A stretch of 30,946 nucleotides of DNA. Origin: an uncultured Mycoplasmatota bacterium (lineage in GTDB: Bacteria; Bacillota_I; Bacilli_A; RF39; UBA660). The notes beneath the pieces were generated by a model. It did not search any database. It saw only the letters and a list, made by a program, of their open reading frames with translations, and was not told the DNA's origin. Location of the stretch: contig CANTCQ010000013.1 in the NCBI GenBank assembly GCA_947652325.1, positions 1 through 30,946 of the forward strand, written 5' to 3'. Positions within the stretch are counted from its first letter, which is position 1, and the number at the start of each line of letters is the position of its first letter. The position numbers were made by a program, and so were the translations under genes. This document shows positions 8,693-17,679 of the stretch, in pieces.

Positions 8693-10486
8693 TTAGGTTA
8701 CATCAAATAAATAATACGCATTTTTTGTCTTTACAACATCTCCATTTAATACACCATTATAAGCATACAACTTATTTTTATAAACACCGATATGTTCAAA
8801 CTTATAAGCAACAATATAATTTTGTTTTGAATTTTTATCTCTTGTTTTATCATATGTTACTTTAAACTTTCCCTCTTTTAAATACTCTACATCTGTGATT
8901 AATACATCGCCCTCTTTCGTTGTTGTAACAATACGCAAAGTATTTGGATTATGATTTTCCACTTCTTTTTTAAAAGTATCATAAGCAGAGGCATTATAAA
9001 CTTTTCCTTCAGAAATAACATAATTTCCATCTCTTTTTGCATCTTCTATTGAAAATGTATCACTAAGTAACTCTAATTTTTTGAAAGTAGTATCAAGCTC
9101 ACAAGAATTTCCTTTTCCGTACGTAATGACAAATTCATTTAAAAGAAAACCTTTTTTTATACTATAATCTGTAATAGTATAATCTTCTACTGGATTATAA
9201 TAATAATTTTTATTATCACAATCTAATTTTTGATAAGAAGACAAAATTTTTTCTAATTCTTCCTTTAAAGAAGAAACACTTCGAATACTACTAAATGTTG
9301 CAGAAAAATTACAACATTCCTCTTTTAAAAACGAAAATTTTGGAACATCCACTATTTTACTGGAAGCTTCAGATGCATATTCTTTTATACCAAAAGAAAA
9401 TTCTCTACCTATAAAAAAGATAGAAAGAAAAATACCTAAAATAATGATTGAACGAACAGGATGTCTTCTCTTTTTTTGCTTTTCCCCAATCGTTCTATCC
9501 TCTTTTTCTTTTTTTATTTCCTTTTCTGTTTTTTGTAGTTCTATAAATTTTTCTTTCTTATGTGCTTCTTTTATAGCAAATTTATTTTCTTGCGCAATTT
9601 TTCTTAAAGTACGATGATTCTCTCTTCGTATTTTTTTACTTTTTTTGTATCTTGAAAACCAAATTTTAAAATTTTTTACCCATTTCTGAATAAGTTTCTT
9701 TATCTTATCACACTCTATTTTCAAAAATGTAAAAAAATGAATACCTTGCTTTTTAATCTTTATACAAAATGTTTTTAAAAAATCATAAAATAAATGCCCA
9801 TACTTTTGGATAGTTTTGCCAAGTATTGATAAGAAAAGAAGAATTTTTGCTAAAATAAGTTTCCATGTTTCCTTAGATAATAAAACTTGTTTTATTTTAC
9901 TAAAAGAAATTGTTTGAAAAGAGAAGGAAAAAAAAGATTGTTTCTTTTTACCTTTATGCTTTTTTATACTCTTTTTCTTTTTAAAAGAAGGCTTTTTCAT
10001 TTTTGCAAGTTTTATATTTTTTTTTGATAAATCTTTTTCTTTTGCACTTACACTTTTTTTTCTTTTTACAGAAGAATTTGCTATTTTATTTGTTTGAAGA
10101 ATCTCTTTTTTTTCAAGTTGTTCTTTTGTATTTTTTTTGTTTAATTCTTTTTTAGATGTATCTTTAGTACTCTTTTTTTTCACATTCTTGCTTACATTTG
10201 ATTGTTTTGATATTTTTGTTGTTTTTTTAGCAGAACTCATTTCATTTTTAGATATATCTAATTTTATTTTAGAAGGTTCTGTTTTTTTAGAAACTTCCTT
10301 TTTCTTTTTTTTGTATTCTTTTTCTATATCCTTCTTTTCTATTGGCACAAAATTCTCCTTTTCTTTATTACCAATAGCCGACTTTTCTGTTTTTATTTTT
10401 GGCTCTTCTTTTTTAACTATTTTACTTACCACTTTTTGATTTGCTTTTTTTTCTGCTACCTTTCGTTTCTTCTTTCCTTGAGCCAT
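8693..10486 (-). CDS. Lys-rich membrane protein with a DUF4362-like C-terminal ectodomain (function unknown)
   Basis: 597 aa. The first ~190 residues are almost pure K/S/E/N low complexity, followed by a TM (WKLILAKILLFLSILG), a second basic block, and a second TM (VRSIIILGIFLSIFFIG). The folded C-terminus ends in NTLRIVTTTKEGDVLITDVEYLKEGKFKVTYDKTRDKNS, which matches my memory of the DUF4362 core (iRiv.YT.EGDpI...ydG....yD.trD). RBS GGTGGTGA. Confidence 0.55.
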   Translation of the reverse strand: MAQGKKKRKVAEKKANQKVVSKIVKKEEPKIKTEKSAIGNKEKENFVPIEKKDIEKEYKKKKKEVSKKTEPSKIKLDISKNEMSSAKKTTKISKQSNVSKNVKKKSTKDTSKKELNKKNTKEQLEKKEILQTNKIANSSVKRKKSVSAKEKDLSKKNIKLAKMKKPSFKKKKSIKKHKGKKKQSFFSFSFQTISFSKIKQVLLSKETWKLILAKILLFLSILGKTIQKYGHLFYDFLKTFCIKIKKQGIHFFTFLKIECDKIKKLIQKWVKNFKIWFSRYKKSKKIRRENHRTLRKIAQENKFAIKEAHKKEKFIELQKTEKEIKKEKEDRTIGEKQKKRRHPVRSIIILGIFLSIFFIGREFSFGIKEYASEASSKIVDVPKFSFLKEECCNFSATFSSIRSVSSLKEELEKILSSYQKLDCDNKNYYYNPVEDYTITDYSIKKGFLLNEFVITYGKGNSCELDTTFKKLELLSDTFSIEDAKRDGNYVISEGKVYNASAYDTFKKEVENHNPNTLRIVTTTKEGDVLITDVEYLKEGKFKVTYDKTRDKNSKQNYIVAYKFEHIGVYKNKLYAYNGVLNGDVVKTKNAYYLFDVT

Positions 10487-10585
10487 AATTTCACCACCAC
10501 TTTTTACTACGGCTATTATAACGAAAAATATGAAAAAAAGATAGTAAATATGCTTTTATTCTTACAATTTTTTTAAAGAATTCAC

Positions 10586-10619
10586 CAAAAAGAAAAAATT
10601 CACTAAGAAAAGGTGAATT
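10586..10619 (-). terminator. Rho-independent terminator after gltX
   Basis: On the minus RNA, aauucac-cuuuucuua-gugaauu is followed by UUUUUCUUUUU. It starts 2 nt after the gltX stop. Confidence 0.5.
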
Positions 10620-10620
10620 T

Positions 10621-12270
10621 TTAAATCATAGAAAAACGTTTTTCGATTCGCTCACGCCCAAAAATTTGCATAATGTCATAAAGATTCGGTGTTGTCGTAA
10701 GAGTAGTTAATGCAATACGTATGATATTCGTAACATCAACAACGCTTCCTTTATACTTTTCTTGGTTTGCCTTATAATCTTTCATATCGGTTGCATACCC
10801 TAAAGCATTACACATTTCTTTAATACGATTAAACCATTCTTCTTGGGTATCTTCCTCATTGTAATAAGCACTTATATATAAATCCAATATTTTTTTTACT
10901 TCCTCTTTTGAAAATGATCCAAAATCATAAGCAATACTTTCAAAATACTCGTCATACATATACCAAGTTTTTTCTTTAATTTCACTATAATACGTGTAAT
11001 CTTTTCTTGGTTTCTTTCCACCTCTTTCAATATTATAAATTTGCATAGAGTAATCTTTGTAATTTTCCAAAACCTTCGAAAATTCTTCATCATATATTTT
11101 ACTCCAAGCAAGTACTCCCTCGTATACTTCTTCCTTTGTTAAATGACTGATATAATTTTTCGAAATATTATCTAGTTTATCTAAATCAAATAAAGCACCA
11201 CTACTACTCATCTTTTTAGGAGAAAAGGCAAATTCAGTAAAAGGAGCATTCGGATGTCCCTCTCTCCAAGCTTCGTAATTAGAGTTTGCTATAGTCATAA
11301 CAGCTTCAATAACAGCTAAACGGGGATACCCTTTTTCTTCATAGTAAGTCATTTTCGCTTCTGGGTCTAACCGTTTTGAAATTTTTCTAACACTTTCGCC
11401 ATCTTTTTTCAAAATTAAAGGAATATGAATATACTTTGGCATCTTAAAATCAAACGTTTTAAATAGTTCATAATGAATAGGAATAGAACTTATCCACTCT
11501 TGTCCACGTACTACATGGGTCGTATGCATCAAATAATCATCCACTAAATGAGCAAAATGATAAGTTGGCAGTCCATCTTTGCTTTTCATAATCGGAATAT
11601 CTTGGTCATTTTCAGGAAACTCCATTTCTCCATTTACTAAATCATTGAATGTAAACTTGCGATTAAAATCTCCACTACTTTTTAAACGAATCGTATAGCT
11701 TTCTCCATTTTTTATTTTTTGAATGGCTTCTTCTACTGGTAAATCACGATATTTGGCATATCTTCCGTAAATACCAATTCTTCTTTTATCTCTCGCTTGT
11801 CCCTCACGAATCGAATCCATTTCTTCTTTTGTTAAAAAACAAGGATAGGCTTTTCCTTCTATAATTAAATGTTTAATAAATGTTTGGTAAATTTCTTTTC
11901 GCTCTGATTGAATATAAGGGCCATAATTTCCTCTGGTCTCGTTTGTATCACGATATTCATATTCATCTGGATTCATGTCATAACAAGCTAAAACAGAACG
12001 AATATATTCTACAGCACCTTCTACTTCTCTAGAAGTATCTGTATCTTCATTTCGAAGATAAAAAATACCTTCACTTTGTCTCGCTAATACATAATCAATT
12101 ACAAGAGGCATAAAATGCCCAATATGCATAAATCCAGTTGGACTAGGTGCAAATCTTGTAACATGTGCATTTTCTCCTAAATTTCTTTCTGGATACATGG
12201 CTTCATAATCTGCTATTGTTTTTGTAATTGTAGGAAATATTAAATTTGCTAATTCTTCTCTATTCATCAT
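10621..12270 (-). CDS. gltX: Glutamate--tRNA ligase, long/divergent form
   Basis: RFAPSPTGFMHIGH (HIGH), KISKR (KMSKS) and LPTYHFAHLVDDYLM. The start is probably ATG 12270 or 12267 (the track start 12273 is GTG), preceded by GTGGTGAG. It overlaps the stop of the upstream PPIase gene. Confidence 0.85.
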   Translation of the reverse strand: MMNREELANLIFPTITKTIADYEAMYPERNLGENAHVTRFAPSPTGFMHIGHFMPLVIDYVLARQSEGIFYLRNEDTDTSREVEGAVEYIRSVLACYDMNPDEYEYRDTNETRGNYGPYIQSERKEIYQTFIKHLIIEGKAYPCFLTKEEMDSIREGQARDKRRIGIYGRYAKYRDLPVEEAIQKIKNGESYTIRLKSSGDFNRKFTFNDLVNGEMEFPENDQDIPIMKSKDGLPTYHFAHLVDDYLMHTTHVVRGQEWISSIPIHYELFKTFDFKMPKYIHIPLILKKDGESVRKISKRLDPEAKMTYYEEKGYPRLAVIEAVMTIANSNYEAWREGHPNAPFTEFAFSPKKMSSSGALFDLDKLDNISKNYISHLTKEEVYEGVLAWSKIYDEEFSKVLENYKDYSMQIYNIERGGKKPRKDYTYYSEIKEKTWYMYDEYFESIAYDFGSFSKEEVKKILDLYISAYYNEEDTQEEWFNRIKEMCNALGYATDMKDYKANQEKYKGSVVDVTNIIRIALTTLTTTPNLYDIMQIFGRERIEKRFSMI

Positions 12271-12877
12271 CACTCACCACTCTTATAAATTCTACTCTTT
12301 TTATTTTTATATCTTTAATCGGTTTATCGTTTTTATCGGTTAGAACTTTCCCAATAGAATCTACAACATCAAGTCCAGCAATCACACGCCCAAACGCTGC
12401 ATACTGTCCATCTAAACTTGCATTATCTTTTAACATAATAAAAAACTGGCTACTCGCACTATCCATAACACTCGTTCTTGCCATAGATACCACACCTCGT
12501 TCATGCTTTAGGTTATTTTCCACACCATTTGCGCTGAACTCTCCCTTAATCGTATCAGCACTTCTTCCTAAATTAGTTCCATCTCCTGCTTGAATAACAA
12601 AATCCTTTATAACCCGGTGAAAAATGATATCATTATAAAAATCACCTTCGATTAATTTTTGAAAATTCTTAACGCTTATGGGAGCAACATCTGGATAAAG
12701 TTCCATTAAAATTTTTCGCTCATCTTCTAACTCTAACATAACCTTATCCGTTTTTTGATTTGTTTCTTGGTAAATAATATTTTCATACGTTTGCTTTTCT
12801 CCAAGAACTTCCTCACTTTTACATCCACTTACTAAAATTATAAAGAAAACAAATGCAAGAATCTTAACTTTTTTCAT
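12260..12877 (-). CDS. Peptidyl-prolyl cis-trans isomerase, cyclophilin type, lipoprotein
   Basis: Lipobox ILVSGC. Cyclophilin motifs FHRVIKDFVIQAGD, SMAR, SQFFI and FGRVI. RBS AGGAAGGA. The ATG lies 1 nt after the upstream stop. Confidence 0.88.
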   Translation of the reverse strand: MKKVKILAFVFFIILVSGCKSEEVLGEKQTYENIIYQETNQKTDKVMLELEDERKILMELYPDVAPISVKNFQKLIEGDFYNDIIFHRVIKDFVIQAGDGTNLGRSADTIKGEFSANGVENNLKHERGVVSMARTSVMDSASSQFFIMLKDNASLDGQYAAFGRVIAGLDVVDSIGKVLTDKNDKPIKDIKIKRVEFIRVVSDDE

Positions 12878-12878
12878 T

Positions 12879-13598
12879 TTAATCCTTCCTTTTCATACTA
12901 ATCAAATACGCTTTATCTTCTTTCGTTACACGATAACTATCTCTTATTTTACTAATTGTTTTGTTAAAAGTAAACGTATTTACTTTACTTTTAACTAAAT
13001 AGCGTAACGTTTTATCACGGTATTTGGTAAAACATTCACATAAAAGCCAAGCAATTCCCATATTGACATAATACATATCGACATCAATGGTATCAACTAA
13101 TTTAAAAATAGCATCTATATAAGGCTCTACTACATAAAAACTTAAAAAGACAATCAAAGCCACTCGAATTCGAAATTCTTCTTTGCTTTTTAAATAATTT
13201 GAAAAATAAGAAAACCAAAATTCTTTATCTTGGGTAACCATTTTTAAACTATTGCAAAATCCATCACAAATCGCCCAGTTATCAATCAAAGAAACATAAG
13301 AATCCAAGTACTTCAAAAGTTCTTTCTTCTCTTTAATACTAGCAAGTATAAAACCTTTAATCATAACTTCTTCATAATAAACATCTTTTGTACAAACTAA
13401 AAAAGAAAGAATATCTCCTTTGCTAATTTCTTTCGCAATTTTTCTTTGCATAGGAACCGTTAGTCCTAAAATCTCATATTTCGTTGTGGTAAGTCGACTA
13501 TGAAATGCTTTGTATTTTGAATCTCCCTGTCTTTTTAAGAAAGAAATAAATGCTTCATAATCTTCTTCCATCCATAAATCCAATACTAAATTTTCCAT
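12879..13598 (-). CDS. DNA alkylation repair protein (AlkD-like HEAT-repeat family)
   Basis: 239 aa and all-helical. The pattern KYKAFHSRL...ILGLTVPMQRKIAKEI and WAICDGFC resembles the DNA_alkylation family. Confidence 0.6.
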   Translation of the reverse strand: MENLVLDLWMEEDYEAFISFLKRQGDSKYKAFHSRLTTTKYEILGLTVPMQRKIAKEISKGDILSFLVCTKDVYYEEVMIKGFILASIKEKKELLKYLDSYVSLIDNWAICDGFCNSLKMVTQDKEFWFSYFSNYLKSKEEFRIRVALIVFLSFYVVEPYIDAIFKLVDTIDVDMYYVNMGIAWLLCECFTKYRDKTLRYLVKSKVNTFTFNKTISKIRDSYRVTKEDKAYLISMKRKD

Positions 13599-13604
13599 AT
13601 ATTT

Positions 13605-13613
13605 AGTATAACA
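13605..13613 (-). promoter_or_regulatory. Extended -10 (TGTTATACT) positioned for a leaderless alkD-like/ppi/gltX transcript
   Basis: On the minus strand, TGTTATACT is followed by aaatat and then the ATG. No Shine-Dalgarno sequence is present. Confidence 0.35.
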
Positions 13614-13745
13614 TGAAATAAAACAGAGAAGATAATAAAAAAAAATTAATTCTCATTTAATTAGGTGGTACTGACTTTTTCTTACAAGTAAAACAACTTG
13701 TTTATCGTATTATGCTTTATTTCTTTTAATCATAATACTTATATT

Positions 13746-13779
13746 AAAAAAAAGACGCCATCCAATAATGGAATAGCGT
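13746..13779 (-). terminator. Rho-independent terminator downstream of murB
   Basis: Minus RNA acgcuauuc-cauuauu-ggauggcgu forms a 9-bp stem (2 G-U pairs) followed by U8. Confidence 0.6.
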
Positions 13780-13953
13780 TATTTAGCACTTATTTAATTT
13801 ATTATATAATTTTGTATTGTTTCTCTCACTTTTATCCAATAAATCTATAATCTCGATTATTTAGCTGTTCTAAAAGTTCACAAATTTCTGCATCCGTTAT
13901 TTTTTTATTCGAAATTTGTTCTTCTGTTAGATAATCAGATAGATGATAAGGTA

Positions 13954-14844
13954 TTATTCTACAAATTCTTGTTCACATACTAAATCTATAGCATATTCTT
14001 TTTTTACTTGCTCTTTTATTTCCAAAATAAGATTTTGAATATCTTTTCCTGTTGCTTTCCCAGTATTAATAATAAAATTGGCATGTTTTTGACTGACTTC
14101 TGCACCACCACACTTTTTCCCTTTAAAGCCTAATTCTTCTATCATTCTCCCTGCAAAGTCTCCTTCCGGATTACGAAAGATAGAACCAGCAGATGGATAT
14201 TCTAAAGGTTGCGAAGCAAATCTTTTTTCTCTTCTATTCTTAATAGTTTCTTGAATCGTTTTTATATTTCCTTTTTCTAATTTAAATGTTACTTCTAAAC
14301 AAATAAAATCGTTTTTATATTGCAATCCAGAACTACGATAGTTAAATTTTAAATCTTCCTTTGTGTATTCTACTACTTTATCATCAGGAGTTAAAACTTT
14401 AGCAGATAAAACAACTTCTGCCATAGAAGAGTTATAAGCACCCGCGTTATTTACCAAAGAACCCCCAACACTTCCTGGTATTCCAATTGCAAATTCAAAA
14501 CCTTGGTACCCTTTATTTGCTAATTCTAAAGCAAGGCGCATTAACGAATACCCTGCTCCAACTACCACTTTATCCTTTAAAATTTCTACTTTAGAAAGTG
14601 CATCTAAACGAACAATAACACCTTCATATTTATCCGATACAAAAATTAAATTCGAACCATTTCCAATCACTTTATATTTTATTTTTTCTTTCTTTAAAAA
14701 TTGTAATAAGCGAATTAGATTTTCAAGAGAATCTGGAAAAACAAGAGCAAAGACTTTAGAACTCACTTTAAAAGTTGTATAATCTTTTATATCCACATCA
14801 TAAAGAATTTTTCCGATATGTAAGCTTTCTAACTTTTCTTTCAT
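13954..14844 (-). CDS. murB: UDP-N-acetylenolpyruvoylglucosamine reductase
   Basis: FAD-binding and MurB motifs: GNGSNLIF, GIPGSVGGSLVNNAGAY, PSAGSIFRNP and HANFIIN. The preferred start is ATG 14844 (MKEKLESLH) behind AGAGGTG. Confidence 0.9.
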   Translation of the reverse strand: MKEKLESLHIGKILYDVDIKDYTTFKVSSKVFALVFPDSLENLIRLLQFLKKEKIKYKVIGNGSNLIFVSDKYEGVIVRLDALSKVEILKDKVVVGAGYSLMRLALELANKGYQGFEFAIGIPGSVGGSLVNNAGAYNSSMAEVVLSAKVLTPDDKVVEYTKEDLKFNYRSSGLQYKNDFICLEVTFKLEKGNIKTIQETIKNRREKRFASQPLEYPSAGSIFRNPEGDFAGRMIEELGFKGKKCGGAEVSQKHANFIINTGKATGKDIQNLILEIKEQVKKEYAIDLVCEQEFVE

Positions 14845-14866
14845 AACAACACCTCTTACTACAAAT

Positions 14867-15745
14867 CTATTCACTCATAAAAGTCAAAAGAACAATGCAT
14901 AAAACACCTACCAATAAGGAAATAGTTTTCTTTACATTCATCTTATCGGTCTTACGAATCACTGAGAATATTACAACAAAGAAAAGTTGCAATTTCATAA
15001 TTAAAGTAATCACTACTGGAGTTCCTGCTTGATAGGCAAAGGTACTTAAAATACTGGTAATTGCATAGATAATTCCCACTAAGAAAATGAAAAGAAAAAA
15101 TGTTTTTTTACTCTTTGGCTCCTTTTTTACTATATGTTTTTTCGCTTTTTGAAGCAAAACAAGATAAACAAGAATAGAAACAATAGAAGCAAATAAATTA
15201 ATTCCATATTCATTAGCGCCTTTACTTCCCGCCAATTTTAAAAAATAAGGTTCAGAAGCATAAAAAATAGTGGCTGTAATTAAAACAAAGATATTTTTTA
15301 AATCCATTTTTTTATGGGTAATTTCGGCTTTCATTTTATTCGTTTCATACGAAAATATATAAATACACAAAAAGAAAATAAAAAACAAAAGCAAAAAACT
15401 AAACCTTGGTTTAATATACCCTAAAAAAATATCACATATCAAAATTAAAAATAAACTTCCCGAATCAATTAAATTGGCAAGCCCTATTGGTAAGGTTTGA
15501 ATGGCTTTTGCATAGCAAAAATCTCCTCCAACCATAGCAAGCGCATAAAGTATAATCACAAAAAAAGAAAGAATAGACATTTCAATTCCTGCAAATAAAG
15601 AAAAAGCGAAAATAACAATTCCAGTAGATAAATTCATCCAAAATAAATACCCTATTTCATTAAATTGTAAGAGTATTTTCTCTTCTAAAGTATCTCCAAT
15701 GGAATGAATAATACTCCACGATAACGCTATATTTTTTCCTTTCAT
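14867..15745 (-). CDS. EamA/DMT-family transporter (about 10 TM helices)
   Basis: About 292 aa of repeated hydrophobic helices in two similar halves. The preferred start is ATG 15745 (MKGKNIAL) behind AGGTGAT. The family call is by architecture only. Confidence 0.5.
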   Translation of the reverse strand: MKGKNIALSWSIIHSIGDTLEEKILLQFNEIGYLFWMNLSTGIVIFAFSLFAGIEMSILSFFVIILYALAMVGGDFCYAKAIQTLPIGLANLIDSGSLFLILICDIFLGYIKPRFSFLLLFFIFFLCIYIFSYETNKMKAEITHKKMDLKNIFVLITATIFYASEPYFLKLAGSKGANEYGINLFASIVSILVYLVLLQKAKKHIVKKEPKSKKTFFLFIFLVGIIYAITSILSTFAYQAGTPVVITLIMKLQLFFVVIFSVIRKTDKMNVKKTISLLVGVLCIVLLTFMSE

Positions 15746-15892
15746 ATAATCACCTATTCTCATTTATTGTATCATAAAATAAAAATAAAAAGTGGATAAT
15801 CTCTTTTTTTAATTTGAGAAATCCTACTCCTAATATCTAAAGTAAATTTAAGAACTACATTTTTATTCAGTTGTTGCATTATATATTTTATT

Positions 15893-17560
15893 TTATCTTG
15901 TCTTGTCATTTAATAATACAAGAGCATAGTTTTTCTTGTTTAAAATAGTCAATCGAATAAAACAAATATTTAAAACCAAAAACAATAAGGATGTAATTAT
16001 TAAAATTATCCAAATGCTTAAAATATGAGGGCTACTAAATTTAAAGAAATTTTCACTTGGTTCTAAAACACCATATTTTGTTAAGTTACTAATTGTACCA
16101 AAACTTTCATATCCCCACCTACCTGTCGTAAAATAAGAAATTTTTTTTGTTAACTTAACAAAAGGGACAAACATACCAGAAAAAAGCATTTGCACCATCA
16201 TATAAAGCGGAGATAAAATTAACGTTGTCTTGGGTTCTTTTACTAAAGAAGAAATTAAGAGCCCAATAGTACTTGTTGAGAAAGTAATTAAAAAGAAGTT
16301 TATAATAAAATCAATTAAAGTGTTAGTAAGTAAAACATCTTCTGGACGTGGGTCAAGATGCAAATATACAATAGTTACACAACTAATTGCTTGATACAAG
16401 CATAAAAAGGCTACAACAATAATTTTAGAAACCATATAAGAAGCAAAATTTAAGCCACTCATGTATTCTTTTTTTAACATATCTCGTTCTTTTACTATTT
16501 CTTGAATTGTATTGAAAAGTCCTAACCACATGGAGGCCAAAGTAAAGGCAACACACATCATTGCTGCTGTTAGAGGATTTAATATACTATCCTTTTCTGT
16601 TGCAATACATATACATATCGCCATTAAAACCGCCTGACCGAAAAGTAATGCTAACATTATTTTATTGTTTACTAAGGAAGAAACATATCTTTTTACTAAA
16701 GTAGCAGTTTGACTAAAGAAACCAACTCTTTTCTTATCACTCACATTTTCTTCTTTAACAATTTCAATCGGTTTTTGACTTTCTTTATATTTTCGATACC
16801 ATGTTTTGGAATCTTTTTTCAAGATATCATAAATACTTACAAATTCTTGAACATGAAAATATTGAAAAATATCTTGGTATGAACCAAAGTAACAAATTCT
16901 TCCTTCTGTTCCCATAAACATAATTTTATCACACAAATGCAAATTGGATACCGTATGAGCAGTAATAATCAATGTTTTTCCAGTATCTGCAATCTCTCTT
17001 AATTTGAGCATAATTTTTTTCTCAATATTTGCATCTAAACCACTAGTTGGTTCATCTAATAAAAACAAGTCAGGGTTACTTAACATTTCTGTTGCAATCG
17101 AAGCCCTTTTTTTCTCTCCACCACTTAAATTTTTAATCAAAGTATTTCTAACATGAGAAAGTTCTAATGTTTTTAAAACATATTCTATTGTCTTTTTACT
17201 TTCTTTTTTACTTACGTTTTTAATTCTTAGTTTTAAAGAATATTCTAATGATTTTTGTAAAGTTAATGTTTGGTCTAATATTTCTTCTTGAGGAACATAA
17301 GCAATTTTTCCTTTAAAATACTCTTCCTCTTTTAATAAATCGAAACCATTGATATATACATGACCTCTGCTTGGCTTATTGTATCCACTTAAGATGTTCA
17401 TAAGGGTGGTTTTTCCAGCACCAGAACAACCTACAATCGCAATAAATTCTCCTTTTTCTATACTTAAAGATAATTCTGATAAAATATTTTTTGGTTTCTT
17501 TTCTATCAAAACCTGTTCACATATATGGTCGATTTGAACAGTAAATCCATTTCCTTTCAT
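15893..17560 (-). CDS. ABC transporter, fused ATPase plus ABC-2 permease (ABCG/White-like half transporter)
   Basis: Walker A GCSGAGKTT, signature LSGGEKKRASIA, Walker B LFLLDEPTSGLD, then a C-terminal 6-TM ABC-2-type domain. RBS AGGAGTGGA. Confidence 0.85.
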   Translation of the reverse strand: MKGNGFTVQIDHICEQVLIEKKPKNILSELSLSIEKGEFIAIVGCSGAGKTTLMNILSGYNKPSRGHVYINGFDLLKEEEYFKGKIAYVPQEEILDQTLTLQKSLEYSLKLRIKNVSKKESKKTIEYVLKTLELSHVRNTLIKNLSGGEKKRASIATEMLSNPDLFLLDEPTSGLDANIEKKIMLKLREIADTGKTLIITAHTVSNLHLCDKIMFMGTEGRICYFGSYQDIFQYFHVQEFVSIYDILKKDSKTWYRKYKESQKPIEIVKEENVSDKKRVGFFSQTATLVKRYVSSLVNNKIMLALLFGQAVLMAICICIATEKDSILNPLTAAMMCVAFTLASMWLGLFNTIQEIVKERDMLKKEYMSGLNFASYMVSKIIVVAFLCLYQAISCVTIVYLHLDPRPEDVLLTNTLIDFIINFFLITFSTSTIGLLISSLVKEPKTTLILSPLYMMVQMLFSGMFVPFVKLTKKISYFTTGRWGYESFGTISNLTKYGVLEPSENFFKFSSPHILSIWIILIITSLLFLVLNICFIRLTILNKKNYALVLLNDKTR

Positions 17561-17620
17561 AAACTTCCACTCCTATTGTTACTTTTATTATAACACAAAT
17601 TTTTTGTTAAATCTTACCAC

Positions 17621-17648
17621 TTGTTTTCTTTATAACTTTTGCTATACT
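17621..17648 (+). promoter_or_regulatory. Candidate promoter of the Y-family polymerase operon
   Basis: TTGTTT, a 16-nt spacer, then TATACT. Confidence 0.4.
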
Positions 17649-17655
17649 TCTTATA

Positions 17656-17669
17656 TAAACATTTGTTCG
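17656..17669. promoter_or_regulatory. LexA (Cheo-box-like) operator
   Basis: TAAAC-ATTT-GTTCG versus the Firmicute consensus CGAAC-N4-GTTCG. One half-site is perfect and the other has 2 mismatches. It sits between the candidate -10 and the RBS of a classic SOS gene. Confidence 0.5.
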
Positions 17670-17679
17670 GAGGTGTGTT

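Noticed and set aside
10137-10439. 100-aa plus-strand ORF rich in Phe/Leu/Ser.
   Set aside because: It is the antisense reading of the Lys-rich (AAA/AAG) region of the 597-aa gene. Poly-Phe/Leu is the expected mirror artefact.
12246-12593. 115-aa plus-strand ORF.
   Set aside because: It is antisense to the cyclophilin gene, which carries unmistakable family motifs.
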